Virus record (IMG/VR): IMGVR_UViG_3300016478_000249 | Location: 1-24,168 of that record | Reading direction: 5' to 3' (one strand) | DNA length: 24,168 bases | Source of the DNA: a virus | Taxonomy: Duplodnaviria > Caudoviricetes | Shown here: positions 1 to 9,300 of the stretch, one piece after another | Layout: every line of letters starts with the position of its first letter | Numbering within the stretch: position 1 is the first letter of the stretch | Position numbers and translations under genes: made by a program | Notes under the pieces: model-generated | Databases searched by the model: none | Told to the model about the DNA's origin: nothing | The model's input: the letters and a program-made list of their open reading frames with translations, nothing else

Positions 1-93
1 TGCTGCTGGTGCTGGTGCTGGTGGTGCTGGTGCTGGTGCTGGTGCTGGTGCTGGTGCTGGTGCTGGTGCTGGTGCTGGTGCTGGTGCTGCTGG
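1..93. repeat. Hexamer tandem repeat (TGCTGG)n encoding (Pro-Ala)n on the minus strand
   Basis: Directly visible: about 15 units with a few 3-nt interruptions that preserve the frame. Confidence 0.95.
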
Positions 94-207
94 CTTCACG
101 TCTTCCGTTTTAGACGCTATCGCACCCATACCGATAAGTATCAATAACGCTTGTTGCTGTTGTTGGGTGAGATTTGACGTCTCGACCTCTAAAATCAATT
201 TACTCAT
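1..207 (-). CDS. Hypothetical protein with long Pro-Ala repeat (3' end truncated by window edge)
   Basis: Not in the ORF track. ATG at 207 follows an AT-rich leader and translates MSKLILEVETSNLTQQQQQALLILIGMGAIASKTEDVKPAAPAPAPAPAPAPA..., open to position 1. Confidence 0.8.
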   Translation of the reverse strand, partial: MSKLILEVETSNLTQQQQQALLILIGMGAIASKTEDVKPAAPAPAPAPAPAPAPAPAPAPAPPAPAPAA

Positions 208-219
208 TTTACGTTTGTT

Positions 220-492
220 TTAAATTATTAATCGTTTTATTTCATTAACGTCCTCAATGAACGCCATTATTTGTTGCTCGAATTTCTTATCGTACTGTAC
301 GCATATGTTGTACGTGTCGTGTGTTCTTTGCAGTAGTAAATAACCGAAGCCGTAAACGTCGGCTAAACCTATAACGTCTGTCAGTACTTTTTTACTGACT
401 ACAACGTCAATGTCAGAACCAAATTGGTCAACAGTCTGTGCGTCCATAATTAACGTATGATTTGCACCGCAGTATGAACTTGTCAACGGCAT
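220..492 (-). CDS. Hypothetical protein (true start may be the internal Met of MDAQTV, ~447)
   Basis: 90-aa ORF co-oriented with its neighbours and filling the gap between them; no recognisable motif. Confidence 0.65.
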   Translation of the reverse strand: MPLTSSYCGANHTLIMDAQTVDQFGSDIDVVVSKKVLTDVIGLADVYGFGYLLLQRTHDTYNICVQYDKKFEQQIMAFIEDVNEIKRLII

Positions 493-868
493 TGTAGTTT
501 CTAGGCTCGTAATCTACTTTTGTCAAGTACGTAAAGTTTACGCTGTTTATACCCGTAAGCTGGCACAGCTTTAAATCGTTGATGATTATGATACCATCAA
601 CGACACTTTCTCTTACGTGTCCGTTGTGTCTTGCAAGTGCAAGCTCTACTGGTGTGTACCCTGTAACACGTTCGAAGAACGTGTTACTCTTCACGATATT
701 TGGGTTAACCCCCCAACTGTATAGTATCGTACTACGTAGTGGGAATGTACGGCTGTATCTCGTACGTAACTCCGTATGTGCCAACTCTGGGTAATGTTCG
801 CCCAGTTTCGTGTCAATTACGTACTTTACGGTTTCCCATAAATCAATAAATGCTTTTTTCGTTTCCAT
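428..868 (-). CDS. Hypothetical protein
   Basis: 146-aa ORF whose ATG follows an A-rich leader directly downstream of a predicted promoter; no recognisable motif. Confidence 0.8.
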   Translation of the reverse strand: METKKAFIDLWETVKYVIDTKLGEHYPELAHTELRTRYSRTFPLRSTILYSWGVNPNIVKSNTFFERVTGYTPVELALARHNGHVRESVVDGIIIINDLKLCQLTGINSVNFTYLTKVDYEPRNYNAVDKFILRCKSYVNYGRTDC

Positions 869-893
869 TTTCGTTTAATTTTTTCGTTCGTCA

Positions 894-925
894 CAAAAAT
901 AGCACTTTAATCGGGAAGCTACAAG
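894..925 (-). promoter_or_regulatory. Bacteroidota sigmaA-type promoter (-33 CTTG, 20-nt spacer, -7 TATTTTTG)
   Basis: Minus strand reads CTTG-tagcttcccgattaaagtgc-TATTTTTG, fitting the TTTG-N19-21-TAnnTTTG consensus, in the intergenic gap upstream of the ORF starting at 868. Confidence 0.7.
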
Positions 926-981
926 TATATTTATACTTTTTAACTTCACGGTTAAAGTGCTTTAATTTGACGTTACTATTA

Positions 982-1575
982 TTACTTTTTCCTTATCTCT
1001 ATGTACTTTCCGTACGTGTATTCTGTCAACGGGTTTTGGCTTATTACGTTTACCTCGATAGCTTTAACTCCTACGTCCCACCATAAAAACCGTTTCGGTA
1101 TGATTGTTGGTACTACGTCAAGGCTGTCTTTAATTACCGCTTGTAGTTGTACTTTTTCATCGTGTGCCATGCAACCCGTTATCAAGTTCCAGCCGTCATT
1201 GTACGTGAAACATCTTACGCTATCTACTGTTAGTATTGGCACAGTGTCACGTATTACTATTTCCGTTCCGACCTGTATAACCGTCTTAACACGCTTAGCT
1301 TTTATCTCAGCACGTTCTAACCGTTCTACTAATTCGGTTTCGTACGTTTTGAGTTCCTTAACCGTGTACTGTAACTGCTGAACTTTCATAACCGAGTTGC
1401 CGTAAGCGGTTTTATACGTCTTGAAGTTCTTGTTCAGTACCTCAACATTACGTAACTGCCGTTGCAGCTCCTTTTTCGTTCTCTCGTGCGCGCGATATAT
1501 ATAATAGGTACTACTTAGTGAGAGTACCAACGTTATCGCTATTAAACCTAACGTAACTAACTTCTTTGTTTGCAT
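982..1575 (-). CDS. Spanin-like lysis accessory protein (N-terminal TM, coiled coil, beta-rich C-terminus; resembles DUF6549-type proteins)
   Basis: Hydrophobic LVTLGLIAITLVLSLSSTYYIY followed by a coiled-coil-like stretch; overlaps the endolysin stop in the Rz-like position. Family resemblance is from recall. Confidence 0.6.
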   Translation of the reverse strand: MQTKKLVTLGLIAITLVLSLSSTYYIYRAHERTKKELQRQLRNVEVLNKNFKTYKTAYGNSVMKVQQLQYTVKELKTYETELVERLERAEIKAKRVKTVIQVGTEIVIRDTVPILTVDSVRCFTYNDGWNLITGCMAHDEKVQLQAVIKDSLDVVPTIIPKRFLWWDVGVKAIEVNVISQNPLTEYTYGKYIEIRKK

Positions 1576-2210
1576 ACAAAATCATTTATTAATTCGATGC
1601 CGTCTACAAGGGCATCGGCTATTTTTTTCTTGAATTGTGGTGTCTTTAACACAGCCACGTCTTCTTTATTATCTTGAAAACCTACCTCAATCAACATACC
1701 TTCATATACGGGGCGTACTTGTTTCGTTCCTACTAAGACCGTGAAATCGTTCTCGAAGTCACGTTGATGTTCCGTTGGTGAGTAAATCCTGTGCTTGGTT
1801 TCACGTACTACCCTAAACAGTGATTGCAGCATAAGCTCTGCATATACGTCTGCTTTTGTGAAACCTTTCGATGTCCACACGGACGCCCCTCTCGCTGTAC
1901 CCCACGTGCCGTCCGATTTACTGGCATCGTTATGTAATGATATAAAGATTGGTACGTGGTTTGGGTACTTTCTCGCAATAGCGTTAGCTCTACGTACTCT
2001 CTCCTCTCGACCAGGCTCTCTGTCACCGTTTACCGTTAGCTCTACGGGACACCCTATGGCTTTAAGTAAGGTTACTACGTCTTTCCATACCTCCCTGCTC
2101 CAGCGCCACTCTTCATGTGTACCGTCTGGGCTTCTTTTACCTTTTACGTCTATGCCGTGAGCTTCGTCACCGACAACGACAATTTTAAATGTTCTCTTCA
2201 TTCCCTTCAC
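1557..2210 (-). CDS. Endolysin, N-acetylmuramoyl-L-alanine amidase (Amidase_3)
   Basis: Zn/catalytic motifs DEAHG, HEE, RVRRAN, FISLHNDA and LIEVGFQDN; directly follows the holin; no obvious cell-wall-binding domain. Confidence 0.92.
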   Translation of the reverse strand: MKGMKRTFKIVVVGDEAHGIDVKGKRSPDGTHEEWRWSREVWKDVVTLLKAIGCPVELTVNGDREPGREERVRRANAIARKYPNHVPIFISLHNDASKSDGTWGTARGASVWTSKGFTKADVYAELMLQSLFRVVRETKHRIYSPTEHQRDFENDFTVLVGTKQVRPVYEGMLIEVGFQDNKEDVAVLKTPQFKKKIADALVDGIELINDFVCKQRS

Positions 2211-2757
2211 ATTTACGTTTGTTATGTTTACATGTTACGGTATCTTTCTTGTCTTTACCGTCTAAGACTTGTAAGGCTTCTTCTTCCGTCACGTTTAACT
2301 TCCTTGCTACCTCGCCAGATATGAATTTACGTATCAGACGTATAAAAATCAAGTTGGGGTTAATTATGGCTATATGTCCGACGATAGACCAGATTTCAGC
2401 GACCATACAGAAAGCGAACACGCTCCTTGACGCTATCAACCACGTATCACCTATACCTCTTTCCGCAAATACCACCAACCAGAATAAAGTCGAGTAAGCC
2501 GAGTATTTTATTGCCGTAACGATTATTGCTTGTGACAGTATGTGACGTTTGGTTTTTACTGCTGTCCACGTCCCAAAGAAGAAGTCAAAAGCAAGTGCAA
2601 CCCATATAATTTTTGTCAGAAAAATTGCGTCACTGCTGAAAAGTGACATTACGAACGTAGGTATTGATAGCGCCCAGCCCCATGTCGACGTTAATGCCAG
2701 CGTGATTTTACCTCCCATACTGTTTACCGTTTTAATTACAACGTTTATTAGTTCCAT
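2185..2757 (-). CDS. Holin (phage holin 4-like)
   Basis: Several hydrophobic helices, DFFFG and EIWSIVGH motifs, charged C-terminal tail; immediately upstream of the amidase. Confidence 0.82.
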   Translation of the reverse strand: MELINVVIKTVNSMGGKITLALTSTWGWALSIPTFVMSLFSSDAIFLTKIIWVALAFDFFFGTWTAVKTKRHILSQAIIVTAIKYSAYSTLFWLVVFAERGIGDTWLIASRSVFAFCMVAEIWSIVGHIAIINPNLIFIRLIRKFISGEVARKLNVTEEEALQVLDGKDKKDTVTCKHNKRKCEGNEENI

Positions 2758-2776
2758 TTCAATTACATTTTAGTAG

Positions 2777-3691
2777 TTAGTCAAGTCCTAGCAAGGACGT
2801 GATATTGAACACATTTGGTTCGGTAGGGATAACTTCAACGTCTACCGAGTAGTTTACGTACGGATAACCTTTTGCGATTAATATAGGTTCTGGTACGCTG
2901 CCTTCTGCCCTCGCAATACGTTTACCGTTTAGAAATACTGTGTCACATGCAAGTATGTTGTTGACCATTTCACCGACGTACTCTGGTACACCTTTCGCAC
3001 CGCCTATGGTCAATGTCATTAACCGATTAGTGTTGGCGGATAACGTATGTGGGTTATATCTTTGGTCGCGGAAACCTGTTTCGTCTACACCGTAACGTGT
3101 GGCTCCGATTTGTACCCCACCCTCTACCGTGTACGTTAAACCCATGTTCTGCGTACCTGTGTCCACTTGGTGCATGGTTTTGAACTGGTTGAACGGGAAA
3201 CCTAACGTGTCACCACTCAAGTTGTAGTAGTTAAATGTTAAGTACTTATCCCATTGTTTCGAGGGTACAAGTTTTATCGGTGACTTGGCTAACGTGTTGG
3301 AAAAGTTGTTAGCTAAACGTATTTCCGATATAGCGTTTGCGAGAGACTCTGTGTAGTGCGGTATCGACGCATAGTACGTGGTGAAACCTCCTGCTACTGA
3401 TAACACCGTCAAAGCCTTACTGCTGCCTATTGGCCAGCCGTCTTTACCGTAAAAGCTTATACGCATGCTTCCAGCGATTACAGAGCTATGCAGTTTTACG
3501 AAAACGTAGTACCTCTCACGACTACTTCTGAAATGTATGTTTTCCGACGAAAGTACTACGTCGGGGATACATGCATGTTCTGCAAAAAACGGTATCTCGT
3601 AGTTACCGAAAGGGACGCACGTAAATTTCACGTCCCCTATGTTCTTAATGTTGCTGTCTAATAGTATCATATTATATAGTTTTGAACTCAA
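2777..3691 (-). CDS. Putative tail tip / baseplate structural protein
   Basis: 304 aa, beta-rich, lying between the large tail protein and the holin; function inferred from position only. Confidence 0.55.
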   Translation of the reverse strand: MSSKLYNMILLDSNIKNIGDVKFTCVPFGNYEIPFFAEHACIPDVVLSSENIHFRSSRERYYVFVKLHSSVIAGSMRISFYGKDGWPIGSSKALTVLSVAGGFTTYYASIPHYTESLANAISEIRLANNFSNTLAKSPIKLVPSKQWDKYLTFNYYNLSGDTLGFPFNQFKTMHQVDTGTQNMGLTYTVEGGVQIGATRYGVDETGFRDQRYNPHTLSANTNRLMTLTIGGAKGVPEYVGEMVNNILACDTVFLNGKRIARAEGSVPEPILIAKGYPYVNYSVDVEVIPTEPNVFNITSLLGLD

Positions 3692-6398
3692 TTGGTATTA
3701 ATACGTTCTCTCCTAGTAGTGTTATCTGTACATACGCTGACTTGTCGCTTAAACCCGTTCCGCCCATGTCATATGTCCCGAAAACATAACAAGTAATTAC
3801 GTTTGCTGTTAAATCTAACTCCAAAGATAAAATCACTTGTGGGTGCAGGTTCCACAACGGAATGAGAGGGTCTGCTGACACTGTACGTGAGCCTAGAAAA
3901 CTCCGCCACCATTCTATGTACGATGGCTGTTGCACGTCTACGTTTGCAGTGAACGTGGTCAAGTTATCCGTAAACTCTCCGTTATCAGATAACTCTAACG
4001 TAGGTACGTTGAAACTTACTTGGGACGTTGGGGCTTGCGTTACTTTCAATACGTTTAACGTTTTACCCTGTGCCGAGAACTCGATGTAACCTACACGCTC
4101 TACGCCTGTGTTATTAACAAGCACCTCTAACTCTACTAAGAGTGCACCTTTCAGCCGTAGCTCCATGTCGTCCCCTACGTGACGTACACGTAACCAGTGG
4201 AAGTCCTGTTGACGTTCGCTTACCGTGAACTGCTCCTGTGGGGACATCCCTGTTATGGTTATTGCGAAGTACATGTCACGTGGTGAACCGTTTATGTTGA
4301 CCGCTGCACGGTCTAACATTAAACCGAGAGGGTAGTTTATCGTTCTACCTACGGCTGTCAGCTTCAACTCTTTCTGATTACGTAGTAACGGGTTCTCCTG
4401 TGCCTCGTTTACGAACCCTTTGTACGTTTGCCCTTTGTAGTTGAACTCTACTGTCCCACTCACCCACTCACGTGTAAGCAAGTCTTTATTGTCTGAAGTG
4501 GCTATGTCGTACGTCACGGGTAGCAGCTCTGGGATGTAAACTCCGCCGCTTTCGTACGTGCTAGTATTCCATGCGCCAATACCGTTTACGATAATACGGT
4601 TGCTCTCATTAGCTGAAAGCTTCAACACGTCTGCGAAGCCAGACCATACGGGTTTCCACCTGCGTATAAGCGCCTGTGGAGATAGCGCACCGTTGAACAT
4701 ATCCGAAGGCAAGTAATCTACTTCGGTAGGGTGTACGACAAACTCTTTACCATTGTCTTCTACGTGCACAGCGAAGAGGTCTTTGTTGTTGCTACTAGAC
4801 TTACGTTTATTCATACGACTGTTCACTATACTAAACTCAAAACCTATGCTGTCAGTCCTTACCGATGACGTAAGGTCTAGTGAGTTTTTAGTGTTCGCAT
4901 TGGACGTGTAAGTCTGCACCATGTTGAACTCACGTTGAGCGTTAACACCCTCTAACGAGGAAGCTCCAGAATTACCTATACGAATTTCACTGAACGTATT
5001 TTCGACATCAGCACTTATCACCAAATCAGCGCATTCCGTTTCACTGAACGTAAACGCAGGTGCTTCGTTACGGTTATATATACCGTTAGCTCCTGTTACT
5101 GGTCGCACATACACGTTACTACCGTCTATATGCAGTGCACATGCGATAGAGGAAAGGAACGTTTTTAGATTACTATATGATATAGTGATATTACGTTCTT
5201 GTTCGTTTGTCAGTACCGAAGCTGGTATAAATATAATATCTTGCGCAAGAGTGTCGGACACGGTCACGTTTACAGGGGTTTTAACCCCCATCTTAGCGTA
5301 TAGGCTCTCCAGCAAACGTTTTAAGTTAGTACATGGTAACGATAATACCTCGTCTACACGTGCTCTGTAAGACACCTCTAATCGACCTACACCACAAAAA
5401 TTGAACAGTTGCGCACCGTAACTCGGCGAGGTTGGCGGTGTCCCGTACAGTCCCCACGTAACGTTTACCCTTATACCTTGCCCAGCTTCTATCAACCCTG
5501 TCCAGCTTAACATTCGGTTGTTACGTACGGTGTTAGCCCTTAACAGATACTGTTGGAATGTTTCTGCTTGTGGCACGTCATTATCGTAGTACGTGCATGG
5601 GGAAGCGTTAGATGCTACCACATTATTGCCTACGAGTAGGTCGAAACGTACAAAGGTGTTCTGCTTGTTAGCGTTTACCCATGCTGCCGCACCCCACACT
5701 GACATGTTCACCATATCGGCTTCCGAGACGTAGTCTATGGTGTAAACCCCTTTTTTCGTTACTGTTACGCTTGGTGCGGTGTCCCCGTCTGCGATATCAG
5801 TATACGTCAAGTAATCCTTAACGGGTGTGTCGGCTTCTTGAAACGTGAACCCGTACCAACGTGTACTTGAGTTCCTCCACGCATTCCATTGGCTTTTATG
5901 TTGGTACGCAAAATTCGCTCTACGCATTACAAGCTTATTATCCAACGTTACACGTTCATACTTGAGGTGCTTACCTAGTGCTACTTCGGCAATAGGTACA
6001 CTATACTCTGTACCCTCGTGTTTTTTCGTAATAGAACGTATATCCTGCTCCCTGCACGCTATCTCTACGAAGTCGTCATCCAGCATATACGTGCCGAAGT
6101 CTAAGTCGTAAGTAACGCTTACGGTAGGTACGTTCCCGTTCCACTCTTTCCATAACACCAGCGTGGCTTCACCGTTCTGTAAGTACGTGTCGTACACCTG
6201 TTTCAATGCAGCACGGGCTTCACGTACAAATCTGAATGGAAAAGTGGTTTCTTTAGCTGTGGCAGATAACTTGTCACGTTTTACCACAACTTGCCAGTCT
6301 TTCCAGTTGTCCACTAACGTGGTCACTTCAAGACCACTCACATATTGAGTGGTCAAGAATAACCTTGCTTTTTCTATGTTTAACGTTACGCCTACCAT
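3672..6398 (-). CDS. Large tail tip / hub-like protein with a C-terminal BACON-like domain
   Basis: 908 aa directly after the tape measure gene; segment 4035-4323 shows the BACON pattern WL...NNTGVERVGYIEF...LKVTQ. Confidence 0.72.
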   Translation of the reverse strand: MVGVTLNIEKARLFLTTQYVSGLEVTTLVDNWKDWQVVVKRDKLSATAKETTFPFRFVREARAALKQVYDTYLQNGEATLVLWKEWNGNVPTVSVTYDLDFGTYMLDDDFVEIACREQDIRSITKKHEGTEYSVPIAEVALGKHLKYERVTLDNKLVMRRANFAYQHKSQWNAWRNSSTRWYGFTFQEADTPVKDYLTYTDIADGDTAPSVTVTKKGVYTIDYVSEADMVNMSVWGAAAWVNANKQNTFVRFDLLVGNNVVASNASPCTYYDNDVPQAETFQQYLLRANTVRNNRMLSWTGLIEAGQGIRVNVTWGLYGTPPTSPSYGAQLFNFCGVGRLEVSYRARVDEVLSLPCTNLKRLLESLYAKMGVKTPVNVTVSDTLAQDIIFIPASVLTNEQERNITISYSNLKTFLSSIACALHIDGSNVYVRPVTGANGIYNRNEAPAFTFSETECADLVISADVENTFSEIRIGNSGASSLEGVNAQREFNMVQTYTSNANTKNSLDLTSSVRTDSIGFEFSIVNSRMNKRKSSSNNKDLFAVHVEDNGKEFVVHPTEVDYLPSDMFNGALSPQALIRRWKPVWSGFADVLKLSANESNRIIVNGIGAWNTSTYESGGVYIPELLPVTYDIATSDNKDLLTREWVSGTVEFNYKGQTYKGFVNEAQENPLLRNQKELKLTAVGRTINYPLGLMLDRAAVNINGSPRDMYFAITITGMSPQEQFTVSERQQDFHWLRVRHVGDDMELRLKGALLVELEVLVNNTGVERVGYIEFSAQGKTLNVLKVTQAPTSQVSFNVPTLELSDNGEFTDNLTTFTANVDVQQPSYIEWWRSFLGSRTVSADPLIPLWNLHPQVILSLELDLTANVITCYVFGTYDMGGTGLSDKSAYVQITLLGENVLIPIEFKTI

Positions 6399-9300
6399 TG
6401 GTCAAATAATTTATTATGTCTTATGTATCTTAATCTGTACTTTTCGTTTTCCGATTGTGACGATAAACGTCTGTCGATACTACGTAAAAGCTTTCGCTGT
6501 TCCATGTAATCGGTGTCGACGTTTATGTTGTTTATAATCGTTTCGCCTTTACGGTCTACGTTCAAGTTCTTCTCAAATAGGTAATCTAAGAAAGCGTTGT
6601 CGTCTTTAAATACTTGCGTGTGCGCTGGTGCGTCCATGAACATCGGCTTATTATCCGTAACTGTTACCCTGTTGTCTGGGGTTACTACGTACTCGGATAC
6701 ACCACCATCACCGACCATCATCAGACCGCCTTTGTGGTCAGACGTACCTTGTGCATACTTCGGTATCTGTTGACTTGCAATTAACGCAATTTGCGCTGCA
6801 CCAATAGCACCAACGGTTGATGCAAGCATTAAACCTACGGGTGTCGGTATAACTGTCAGAGCCGAAGCAACGCCTTGTGCGGTACTCATTACCGTTTGTG
6901 CTATGGAGTTTGCCTTGTTCCACTTCGCTTGTTGTACTTGCAACTTACGTTTTTCTTCTTCACGTTTCTTTTCGTCTGCTGCTTGTTTCTTTGCGAGGGC
7001 TTCTTTCTCCATCTCGTTTTGCCTACGTTGCGCTTCGAAGTTCTCTTCGCTTAACAGTCCTGCGTTATAGTTGTCCGTGAGGTGTTCTAAGCTCTGGTCG
7101 AGTAACCGCTGTTGCTCTTCATACCTCTCACGTTCTTTCGCCATAACCTCGTCTATCTTCTGTATCTCTAGGTCATAGAAACCAGATACAACGTCCATCA
7201 TTTGACCGTACAACTGTTCGACCATTTTAACCTCTTGTAGGTTCAACGCACTTGTTAGCTTTTTGCCCACTTCCGCTACACCGCTAGTACTCGCAGCTTC
7301 GTCAATGTTTCCTGCTTCATCACGTTTTGTCCCTGTACCGAAAATACGCCTGAACCACGTACCGCCTTTCTTAGCTGTACCCGAATATGTACGTCCTGTT
7401 TCACGTTCATATGCGGCTTTCGACGCAGACGTCATCTGTGGCGCTTCTTCTGTTAAGAACTTATCGAAGCTGTCCTGTATTGCTTGCTTTAACGTCTGGG
7501 GTAAATCTAGCCTTTCTACGAAACTTTCGTAGTACAGCTTTGTTTGTTCTACCGAACGTTCATCGAATAGTACGTTGGTCTTCGCGTCTTCCTCTTTAAG
7601 TCCTGCTTCGTTAAGCGAACCTTTACGGTATAAACGTGCGCTGATTTCAAGTTGCTTTTTCCTATCGGTTTCAACCTCTTGTTGCCTACGTTCTAGCCCC
7701 TCTCGGAAAAGTTTAAGTCTATCTTTGATACTCTCTTCTTCCCACTTAACCATCTGGTCGTTTATACGTTCATAAGCTTTTGCTGCATTACGGTCTAACT
7801 CGGCTACATTCGTGAGGTACGCTTTGTAATTAGCCATACGTTGGTTGAGCGTAGCTTTCTGTGCGTCTGTTTGGGCTTCACCAGTAATAGGGTCTATTAC
7901 GTTAGGGTCTACTACCTTACCCGTGATACCGATATTCTCCTTAACTATCTTTTGTGTGATGTCTTGGTCTTTACGTTGCATTTCAAGCTGTGCAACGTCT
8001 TTGAGTATCTTGGTGTATTCCTTTACCGCTTCGTTACGTGAGTCCCAGTATTCGTTATCCTCTTCGTAGAACATACGTAGTCTGCTTGCTGCTTCTTTGA
8101 GTTCGTTGATTTTAATCGTGAACGCTGCTAACGCTTCTGCGTCGCTTAACGCTTGCTCCCGTGCTGCTCTACGTTCTGCGTCGAGTTGAGCTTTTGACCT
8201 ACCGCCTTCTTTTGACGGCGGTGTGTAGTTAGCTCCCTCCACTGCTCCCTCTGTGTTAATACGTAGACTTTCGTCTATCAAGTCATTAACCCCTGTGAGT
8301 TTACGTTCTTCGGTTATCATATTACCTTGACCCCACCTTGCTTTTGTACGTTGGTCGTATGCTGCTTTGGCGAACTCTGGCGAGATTTTATTACCTGACA
8401 TTGCTCTGAAGGCATCCCCGAAAACGCCACCAGATAACCACTTGCTAGGGTCTGCGAAATCGGTTACTTTCCAACCACTCTCCTTAATAGCCGCATCGTA
8501 CGTTTCCTCCAACTTTTCGTGTAGCTCTGCAATTCGTGTTTGCGCTGCTGCTTTACGTTTTTCTGCTAGTTGCTGTTGCGCTTGCCACTGCTTTACTTGC
8601 TCCGTATCTAACGTCCCAGAGTTTATCATTCGTTGGGCTTCGCTTGAAGCTGCTGAATACGTGTTTAGCTGTTTATATGATACACCCAACGTTTCATATA
8701 GCCCCGTTAAATCACGTGCGATTTTCTTCTCCTTGTTGTTACCTGCTACCTTGTTTAATGTTTCTATCTGCTTACTGTAATTAATTACATGAGTTTGGGA
8801 TTGACGGAAGCTTGCTTCGGCTTCTTTACGTATATCGGCTTGTACTTTAAGTAGGTTCTTATACGCTGCATCAGCTTCTTCGAAACTTTTACCTTGTGCG
8901 TCACGGAAGATTTGGGCTGCGTCACGTAACCTTTTATCTTGTGCTTTTAAATACGTCTCAATAGCTTTTTGGTCTACGAAGTCAGTTCCGTAAGTACTAC
9001 TACTTTCACGTGCTTGACCTTGTTTTTCTCTCCAACGTCCTAGCTCTCCGAGTTTTTGCGTTATCCACGATAACGTGTCACGTACTATGGGTGTACTTTC
9101 CTTGAACGAAAGCCAGAAGTTATCCCACGCTGACTTCAAGAGTTTTATTTCCCCCTCTACGGTGTCAAGGCGTGTTGCACGTAACATATCCAGAGTGCCT
9201 GTAAGGTCTGTGATATTATCACGTAACCTCACTATCTGCTCCGAGTTCTGTATCAATACTGCTAACGCGTTCACCGCACGTTTATCCGTTAACTGGAACA

